From positions 1 through 10,598 of the forward strand of contig JAPYVP010000020.1 of the NCBI GenBank assembly GCA_028276785.1: a stretch of 10,598 nucleotides of DNA, in the 5' to 3' direction. This document shows positions 1 to 5,273 of the stretch, piece after piece. Positions within the stretch are counted from its first letter, which is position 1. The number at the start of each line of letters is the position of its first letter. Under the pieces are notes generated by a model. The model did not search any database. It was not told the origin of the DNA and saw nothing but the letters and a program-made list of their open reading frames with translations. Position numbers and translations under genes: made by a program. The DNA is from Candidatus Nanopusillus sp. (GTDB lineage Archaea > Nanobdellota > Nanobdellia > Nanobdellales > Nanobdellaceae).

Positions 1-1
1 A

Positions 2-1054
2 ACATATATATTCCAAGTACAATCAGTGAATTCAGTATCTGGTTCAGCAACATTATATAATTATGTTACTGGACAAACTATAACAGTATACAATGGTGTA
101 CCATTTACTGTTGGATCAATAACATTAGTACCAACCATATCTTCGTCTGGTGTATCATTCTCTGGTTCTACATTATATTCTTCAGATAAAGGTTTGACAT
201 TATATGAAGGATATAATAAATATATAAAAGTAGGAGCAAATAATACAACTGCACCATTCCATGTAAATGTAACTTTCTATAACGACTATGGCAATTCAAG
301 AGTTTCTAATATTACAGTGTCATTAAATTGTAGTAGTGCTGGTAGTGGATTTAGTTTAAATATTCCATTTAGTTTGGTAACAATTGGAAGTAATACATAT
401 GCATACTTAGATAACAATGGTGTATATGTAGTAGAAACTACATCCTCATCATCTAACCCAACAATACAATTATATGCACCATCACAACCATTGACAATTA
501 ATGTAGGATTGGTACCAACAGGATCTACATTACCATCTTCAACAACACAAACATCAACTCAACAAACAGTAACACAGACAGTAACAGTACAAGTACCATC
601 TCCAGTAGCATTAATTGGAAAAGTAATATTAGATTCACAAGTAACACCAACAATGAGAAACTTAGTATTAGTAGGAGGTCCAGCAGTAAACACCTTAACA
701 GCACAAGCAGTAATACAATATGTATCAAGCATGAATTCAGCATTAGGTCAACAATTAGCATCATATGCTAATAGTCATAATGGATATATATATGGTTCAG
801 AATTACAACCAGTATTACAACAATTAGGAATAAACTTCGGACCAGGTACAGCATTAATAATGTCATCAACACTATATCCAAACACATTAGTAATATTTGG
901 ATGGTCAGGAGATGATACAACACAAGCAACACAATTATTCGCAAACTACTTAGTAAATGGAGTAAGTGCAAATGTATTTGATAGTGCAACAGTAGTAGGA
1001 GTAAATACACAACAAACAGTAAGCGGATATCCATCAGCAACAAAACTACAGTAA
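2..1054 (+). CDS. Secreted surface / S-layer-like protein, C-terminal part (5' end lies outside the window)
   Basis: The frame is open from base 2, with no stop before the GTG at 26 that the ORF track uses, so the gene probably starts upstream. Composition is extreme: S/T/N/V/G/Q/Y-rich with only about 17 D/E/K/R in 342 aa by my count. It has a T/Q low-complexity linker SSTTQTSTQQTVTQTVTVQVPSP. N-x-S/T sequons cluster together (NNT/NTT, NVT, NIT, NCS). LVLVGGPAVNTL resembles the GGPxxN string I associate with archaeal S-layer C-terminal domains. Oligo-T tracts follow the TAA stop. Confidence 0.6.
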   Translation, partial: TYIFQVQSVNSVSGSATLYNYVTGQTITVYNGVPFTVGSITLVPTISSSGVSFSGSTLYSSDKGLTLYEGYNKYIKVGANNTTAPFHVNVTFYNDYGNSRVSNITVSLNCSSAGSGFSLNIPFSLVTIGSNTYAYLDNNGVYVVETTSSSSNPTIQLYAPSQPLTINVGLVPTGSTLPSSTTQTSTQQTVTQTVTVQVPSPVALIGKVILDSQVTPTMRNLVLVGGPAVNTLTAQAVIQYVSSMNSALGQQLASYANSHNGYIYGSELQPVLQQLGINFGPGTALIMSSTLYPNTLVIFGWSGDDTTQATQLFANYLVNGVSANVFDSATVVGVNTQQTVSGYPSATKLQ

Positions 1055-1058
1055 AGGC

Positions 1059-1081
1059 TTTTTCCTAACTTTTTCTTTTTT
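1059..1081 (+). terminator. Oligo-T archaeal-type terminator after the surface-protein gene
   Basis: Three T runs (T5 1059-1063, T5 1070-1074, T6 1076-1081) begin 5 nt after the TAA at 1052-1054. Archaeal RNAP terminates at oligo-T tracts. Confidence 0.5.
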
Positions 1082-1177
1082 ATGGATGAAGATATAAAAG
1101 AAGCCATCAAAGATCTTATAATATTAATCATATCGTTGGGGTTAGTAATTTTCGCATATTGGTTATCACTTTTATAA
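1082..1177 (+). CDS. Possible 31-aa small membrane protein (not in ORF track)
   Basis: ATG at 1082 to TAA at 1175-1177 translates to MDEDIKEAIKDLIILIISLGLVIFAYWLSLL. This is an acidic N-terminus followed by one roughly 20-residue hydrophobic helix. No clear promoter of its own, and it sits directly after the T runs. Confidence 0.25.
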   Translation: MDEDIKEAIKDLIILIISLGLVIFAYWLSLL

Positions 1178-1180
1178 ATA
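1171..1180 (+). promoter_or_regulatory. TATA-box candidate for rrp42 (leaderless-type spacing)
   Basis: TTTATAAATA is centred about 27 nt upstream of the ATG at 1203. TTATAAAT-like strings recur at 1185-1193 and 1197-1202, so the assignment is ambiguous in this AT-rich DNA. Confidence 0.35.
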
Positions 1181-1202
1181 TTATCTTATAAATCATTTAT
1201 AA

Positions 1203-1994
1203 ATGGATATTGATTTTGAGGAGAATATTACGGATTATATTAGAAAAATTATAAAGGAAAATTATAGGATTGATAAAAGAGGTTTGCTAGAATATAGAGA
1301 TATAAAAATAATAAAAAATTATGTAAAAAATGCGGAAGGATCTTGTTATTTAGAACTTGGAAAAACAAAAGTTTTGGCCGGTGTAAAATTAGAAATATCA
1401 GAACCATTTCAAGATAATGAAGATTCAGGTATTCTAGTAACGACAGTAAATTTGTCTCCAGTTTCTGATATTAATGTTGATCTAGGACCTACGGGAGAAT
1501 CTATAGAATATTCAAGAATTGTAGATAGAGTATTGAGAGAATCTAGATTTATTAATGATAAAGAATTAGTAATAGAGCCAGGTAAATATGTATGGTCTGT
1601 ATTATTAGATATATATGTATTAAATAATGATGGGAACATAGTTGATGCATCAACTTTAGCATCTGTATGCGCATTAATGAATACACATTTTCCAGAATTA
1701 ATTAAAGAAAATGGAGAATATAAGATAAATCCAAAAAATAAAACAAATAAAAAATTACCATTAAATAAAAATATTCCTGTAATGGTTTCATTTGCAAAAA
1801 TTGATGATAAATTTGTTGTAGATCCAAATAAATATGAAGAAGAAGCTGCAGACATGATTATACATATTGGGTTATCAGATAAAATAAATGCATTACAAAC
1901 AAGAAAATCAGGTTCAACATCCTTAGAAGAATTTAATAATTTATTATCGGAGGCAGAAAAGTTTAAAGATTATTTATTAAAGAAAATACAATGA
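1203..1994 (+). CDS. rrp42: Exosome complex subunit Rrp42 (RNase PH-like, non-catalytic)
   Basis: 263 aa. The string RIDKRGLLEYRDIKI...NAEGSCYLELGKTKVLAGVKLEISEPFQDNEDSGILVTTVNLSPV...GPTGESIEYSRIVDRVLRES matches the Rrp42 pattern (R.DGR..YR.I.I...A.GSA.V.LG.T.VL.GVK.E...PF.D.P..G....EL.P....GPP.E.AIE..R..DR..RES). The length also fits Rrp42 rather than Rrp41. Confidence 0.85.
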   Translation: MDIDFEENITDYIRKIIKENYRIDKRGLLEYRDIKIIKNYVKNAEGSCYLELGKTKVLAGVKLEISEPFQDNEDSGILVTTVNLSPVSDINVDLGPTGESIEYSRIVDRVLRESRFINDKELVIEPGKYVWSVLLDIYVLNNDGNIVDASTLASVCALMNTHFPELIKENGEYKINPKNKTNKKLPLNKNIPVMVSFAKIDDKFVVDPNKYEEEAADMIIHIGLSDKINALQTRKSGSTSLEEFNNLLSEAEKFKDYLLKKIQ

Positions 1995-2191
1995 AAGATA
2001 TTTCTAAGTTTGCTTTGGCTAGATTAATTGGTGCGAGAGCATTACAAATTGCAATGGGAGCTCCAATGATGGTAAAATTATCTAAAGAAGATTTGGAAAG
2101 AATAAGATATAATCCAGTAAAAATTGCCGAGATAGAATATGAAAAGGGCGTTTTACCACTAAAGGCTGTTTTTAAGAAAATTAAACCGTAA
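1991..2191 (+). CDS. rpoK: DNA-directed RNA polymerase subunit K / Rpo6 (omega homolog)
   Basis: 66 aa. FALARLIGARALQIAMGAP...NPVKIAEIEYEKGVLP matches the conserved Rpo6/RpoK core (ARxIGxRALQIxxGAP ... P..IA..E...G..P). The start ATG overlaps the rrp42 TGA (ATGA at 1991-1994). Confidence 0.85.
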   Translation: MKDISKFALARLIGARALQIAMGAPMMVKLSKEDLERIRYNPVKIAEIEYEKGVLPLKAVFKKIKP

Positions 2192-2657
2192 TATTATATA
2201 CTTCATATTCCATAATTTTAAGTAAATCTCTTTTTGAAATCCTCAATAAATGATAATGTGATCCGCCTCCACAATATATTATTTGATCATCATCTAATTC
2301 AATTATTTTCTTATCAACAATTGTTCTTATCTTTTGCTTTAAACCTACTGGAGGGACCCCTCCAATGTCATATCCTGTAATTTCTTTTACTTCTTTTGCC
2401 TTAGCCAATCTTACTTCATTACAATTAAAATATTTCTTTATTTTATCTAGGTCAATCATATCTTTTCCCAATAAAAAACATAATAAGGGTTTATTATCAC
2501 AAATTAATAGAATACTCTTTGCAACAACCCCATTAGTATGTTCTTCAGCATTTTTTGCAGACATAACAGGTTTCTCATATTTAATAATTTGAAAGGGTAC
2601 ACTTAACTTATTTAAATAATTTTCTAAATATTTTTCATCTAATAGGTTCTTTTCCAT
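2181..2657 (-). CDS. Free-standing YbaK/ProX-type aminoacyl-tRNA trans-editing (deacylase) domain protein
   Basis: 158 aa. AKSILL....PLLCFLLGKDMIDLDKIKK.....VRLAKAKEVKEITGYDIGGVPPVG...IVDKKI.....IYCGGG fits the YbaK/EbsC/ProX fold pattern, including the TGY..GGV.P.G loop and the late GGG. The 3' end overlaps rpoK by 11 nt. Confidence 0.7.
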   Translation of the reverse strand: MEKNLLDEKYLENYLNKLSVPFQIIKYEKPVMSAKNAEEHTNGVVAKSILLICDNKPLLCFLLGKDMIDLDKIKKYFNCNEVRLAKAKEVKEITGYDIGGVPPVGLKQKIRTIVDKKIIELDDDQIIYCGGGSHYHLLRISKRDLLKIMEYEVYNITV

Positions 2658-2693
2658 AAAAAATATTTCACTATAACATTATATAGACTTTAT

Positions 2694-3461
2694 CTAAATC
2701 TTAAATGTTATATATGCTTGTAATGCCGAACGTTTGGCAACATTGGTTCCAAGTTGTGTTAATTTATATTTATTATTGCCATATGGTACCTTTTCAATTA
2801 AACCAGAATTAATTAAAGGTATTATTGACACTTTCTGTTTATATAGTTCATAATCTTCCAGTAATCTTGTAATAGTTTTTCCACTTGGATAGTGGTTTTT
2901 ACATTTTTCGTTTATTTCACATGATAAAGTATAATCATATAAAATTAATAATGGTAATGCATATTGTGTACCCAAAATTACTGGTGTAAAACTTTTTGTT
3001 GGATTATTAATAAATAGTATTTCTGCGAGAGGGTCCGTATTTCTTGTTGGTTTGGGAAAACCATATGTCTTAACAAATTCCAATAAACTATCCAAAGCTC
3101 TACTTGTAATATACTTCATATCAACATTTTTAATACCAATTCTATAATAATCTCTTAAAATATCTTCAATAATATTCTTTTCATTTTGGAATCTTTCATA
3201 TAAGTCTTTTCCTTTAGGTGTAGCTGTACAATGATTATTATAACATTCTATCAATCCTGCACGCTCCAGTTCATCCATTTCGCTTCTATATTCGATAGAT
3301 TTTGATAATTTTTTACATCCTCCCAATATTTCCAAAATTTCTTTAACAGGACTGTATTCTTCTAATTTTGATAAAATTGATGTTCTACTTTTATAAGAAT
3401 CTATAGCAAGCTTTAGTGCCATATTTGGTAGGTAAGATGGTAACTTTTTCTTCATAGTCAT
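2694..3461 (-). CDS. Hypothetical protein, predicted tandem winged-helix (DNA-binding-like), paralog A
   Basis: 255 aa long ORF, colinear with the neighbouring 253-aa ORF. ELERAGLIECYNNHCTATPKGKDLYERF and LINSGLIEKVPYGNNKYKLTQLGTNVAKR look like the recognition helix, wing and following helix of MarR/PadR/TrmB-type wHTH domains. Cys pair at SCEINEKC. Confidence 0.65.
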   Translation of the reverse strand: MTMKKKLPSYLPNMALKLAIDSYKSRTSILSKLEEYSPVKEILEILGGCKKLSKSIEYRSEMDELERAGLIECYNNHCTATPKGKDLYERFQNEKNIIEDILRDYYRIGIKNVDMKYITSRALDSLLEFVKTYGFPKPTRNTDPLAEILFINNPTKSFTPVILGTQYALPLLILYDYTLSCEINEKCKNHYPSGKTITRLLEDYELYKQKVSIIPLINSGLIEKVPYGNNKYKLTQLGTNVAKRSALQAYITFKI

Positions 3462-3513
3462 TACTATTATATAGTAAAAAATAAAAATATATCATGATGT
3501 GTTTTGTATTAAT

Positions 3514-3542
3514 AGTTAAAAATTTTTAGTTAAAAAATTTTT
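3514..3542. repeat. Tandem direct repeat AGTTAAAAATTTTT / AGTTAAAAAATTTTT between the two paralogs
   Basis: The two units (3514-3527 and 3528-3542) differ only by one extra A. Each contains a self-complementary A5T5 core. The repeat starts about 10 nt after the stop of the 3553..4314 gene and lies 53-81 nt upstream of the 2694..3461 start. On the coding (minus) strand it reads as T6 and T5 runs. Confidence 0.6.
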
Positions 3543-3552
3543 GTTTAGGCTG

Positions 3553-4314
3553 CTATTGGAACCTTATATTTTCTTCTAAATATCTATATGCTATTACTAA
3601 ATTTTTTATTATATATTCTGAAACATTATATCCATATTCAGTTAATTTATATCTAGACTTCTTCTCATAACCTCTTTGAGTTACAAGATTATATGTTGAT
3701 AAGTATTTAGCATCAATCTTCCATCCAAATTTATTATAACAGTCCATGGACAATTGGTTACGTAGATAATATCTAATATCCTTTAATGATAATGCCCAAT
3801 TCCTGCATTTGTTACACTTATTTTCTCCATTATATAGGACTAATAAAATGAATCCATATCTTCCAATAAGTTTTGGGGTCAGTGCTTGTTTATTATAATT
3901 TTCATATATCACTTGAAAAATTGGGCAGAGATGATATCTAAATGAATTATCATTTACAATTAATTCGTTACATAACATCTTCAAAATTTTATCTAAATTT
4001 AAATTTCTATGATCTACATCATAATAATATTTGCTGTATATATCTATTTCTTTTTCAAGTTTTTTAGCGATATCTTTGCCAATTTTTGACAAAATATATT
4101 TATTTTCAAGAATATACAGTATTCTTTTTTTATGAAGAACATTGATATCTCTACTATTATTTATATTAAGTTTAGAATCGGGAGATTTATATAATTCTAT
4201 AATTATATGTAATATGTTTTCTTTTTCTACTGCAGCTTTTATTATTGGAATACCTTTAGAATATCCATATAATATCAGTGATAATAATTCAGAATCTAAT
4301 ATGGAGAGCACCAT
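3553..4314 (-). CDS. Hypothetical protein, predicted tandem winged-helix (DNA-binding-like), paralog B
   Basis: 253 aa. Alignment anchors to paralog A: SKIGKDIAKKL..KYYYD vs TPKGKDLYERF..DYYRI; LTPKLIGRYGFILLVLYNGENKCNKC vs FTPVILGTQYALPLLILYDYT..C......C; KSRYKLTEYGYNVSEY vs NNKYKLTQLGTNVAKR. Confidence 0.65.
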   Translation of the reverse strand: MVLSILDSELLSLILYGYSKGIPIIKAAVEKENILHIIIELYKSPDSKLNINNSRDINVLHKKRILYILENKYILSKIGKDIAKKLEKEIDIYSKYYYDVDHRNLNLDKILKMLCNELIVNDNSFRYHLCPIFQVIYENYNKQALTPKLIGRYGFILLVLYNGENKCNKCRNWALSLKDIRYYLRNQLSMDCYNKFGWKIDAKYLSTYNLVTQRGYEKKSRYKLTEYGYNVSEYIIKNLVIAYRYLEENIRFQ

Positions 4315-4390
4315 TTTTTATAGAATAAATTTTGATTTTGGACTATTAAGGTATATGTACAGATCACTCATATAATTACATTTTAATGAT

Positions 4391-4395
4391 AAAAA
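4391..4395 (-). terminator. Oligo-T tract downstream of tRNA-Val
   Basis: The minus strand after the discriminator base reads TCTTTATAATTTTTA, with the T5 run about 10 nt past the tRNA 3' end. Confidence 0.4.
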
Positions 4396-4404
4396 TTATA
4401 AAGA

Positions 4405-4477
4405 TGGGACCGCGGGGATTCGAACCCCGGACCTCCGCCTAGTCAGGGCGGCATCATAACCACTAGACTACGGTCCC
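4405..4477 (-). tRNA. tRNA-Val (anticodon GAC), 73 nt, no intron, CCA not encoded
   Basis: Hand-folded from the reverse complement: GGGACCG UA GUCU AGUGGUUA UGAU G CCGCC CUGACUA GGCGG AGGUC CGGGG UUCGAAU CCCCG CGGUCCC A. It has a perfect 7-bp acceptor stem, 5-bp anticodon stem and 5-bp T stem. Canonical U8, A14, G18G19, U33 and UUCGAAU T-loop are present. 47/73 G+C in an AT-rich context. Confidence 0.92.
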
Positions 4478-4917
4478 TTTATTTTCTCCAATTCTTTCAT
4501 TAATTCTAATGCCTTTTCTATATCTTTCTTTATCATTATTTTTATTTTAACTATTTTCTTAAATGTAGATAGGACAACTTTTAAACTTTTATCATAAATC
4601 CCCATATATTGATTTAGCTCCATATTTAATTTTATATAAGCATCATGATCGAGTTTACCAATATTTTTGGCAGATTCGTTTAAATAATTAAATAAATTGT
4701 TCTCAGATTCAAACATATTTTTATATGCTTCATTAAATTCATTTATATATTTTTCATCTTTCTTTTTTAATGTATAAATTTTCTCCAAAATTTTAACAAC
4801 TTCTTCATATACATGTTCTTCTAACTTTTTTGATTTTATACCTTCCTTTAAATACTTAATAGTTTCTTTAGATAACCCTCCCCCTTCTGATTTAACTTCT
4901 TCTTTATCTTTCTTCAT
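4468..4917 (-). CDS. Hypothetical alpha-helical / coiled-coil protein
   Basis: 149 aa, K/E-rich with heptad-like stretches (KKLEEHVYEEVVKILEKIY, DIEKALELMKELEKIK). I recognise no family. The last codons AAG GGA CCG TAG run into the first 10 nt of tRNA-Val. Confidence 0.55.
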   Translation of the reverse strand: MKKDKEEVKSEGGGLSKETIKYLKEGIKSKKLEEHVYEEVVKILEKIYTLKKKDEKYINEFNEAYKNMFESENNLFNYLNESAKNIGKLDHDAYIKLNMELNQYMGIYDKSLKVVLSTFKKIVKIKIMIKKDIEKALELMKELEKIKGP

Positions 4918-4938
4918 AATTATATAAGAATCTTTAGT

Positions 4939-4948
4939 ATTATATAAG
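4939..4948 (-). promoter_or_regulatory. TATA-box candidate (CTTATATAAT on the minus strand) for the 4468..4917 gene
   Basis: It lies at -22 to -31 from the ATG at 4917. An identical 10-mer is repeated at 4919-4928. The distal copy abuts the acylphosphatase stop codon. Confidence 0.35.
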
Positions 4949-4950
4949 GT

Positions 4951-5220
4951 TTATCTTATTATTTTAAAATCTTGATAATTATTAATTTCTATCTCTTTTA
5001 TATCAATTTTATCAACTCTAGCTCTTTCAGGTCCCTTTTTACATAATTCAATCATCTTATTTATATTATCTTCATCCCCTTCAAAAACAGCTTCTACAGT
5101 TCCATCTGGATTATTCTTTACATATCCTTTAACATTTAATCTTTTAGCATGTAAGAATACAAAATTTCTAAACCCAACACCCTGAACTTTTCCATATATA
5201 GTTACTTTCACAGCTTTCAT
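4951..5220 (-). CDS. acyP: Acylphosphatase
   Basis: 89 aa. VTIYGKVQGVGFRNFVFLHAKRLNVKGYVKNNPDGTVEAVFEG carries the acylphosphatase signature (V.G.VQGVGFR ... G.V.N..DG.VE....G) at the typical length. Confidence 0.9.
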   Translation of the reverse strand: MKAVKVTIYGKVQGVGFRNFVFLHAKRLNVKGYVKNNPDGTVEAVFEGDEDNINKMIELCKKGPERARVDKIDIKEIEINNYQDFKIIR

Positions 5221-5237
5221 TACTTTATAATTTATAA

Positions 5238-5251
5238 ATATTTTTAAATAT
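5238..5251. promoter_or_regulatory. Near-palindromic TATA element ATATTTTTAAATAT shared by divergent acyP and asnS
   Basis: The arms ATATTT/AAATAT are inverted repeats. The centre lies about 24.5 nt from the acyP ATG (5220) and about 29.5 nt from the asnS ATG (5274), within a 53-bp divergent intergenic region. Confidence 0.35.
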
Positions 5252-5273
5252 CTAATATTGATGGAAAGTCGGA

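Noticed and set aside
525-1131. Three minus-strand ORFs (525..764, 768..1043, 946..1131) encoding L/V/I-rich low-complexity proteins
   Set aside because: They are antisense shadows of the surface-protein gene. The sense strand's bias toward ACA/GTA/CAA-type codons removes stops from the opposite strand. The products are implausible leucine-rich strings with no start context.
1409-1855. 148-aa minus-strand ORF inside rrp42
   Set aside because: It lies entirely antisense to a confidently identified conserved gene, and its product has no recognisable features.
2365-2592. 75-aa plus-strand ORF inside the YbaK-like gene
   Set aside because: It is an antisense shadow of a gene with clear family motifs. 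The product is hydrophobic and low-complexity.
4142-4375. 77-aa plus-strand ORF overlapping the start of paralog B
   Set aside because: It is mostly antisense to the 253-aa ORF, whose reality is supported by its paralog. It has no promoter or SD context.
2694-4477. Integrated element at the 3' side of tRNA-Val, with the two wHTH paralogs as cargo
   Set aside because: tRNA genes are common integration sites, and the paralogs lie on the tRNA 3' side. However, I find no second copy of the tRNA 3' segment (GGATTCGAACCCCG or its complement) anywhere in the window. There is also no integrase and no compositional break.
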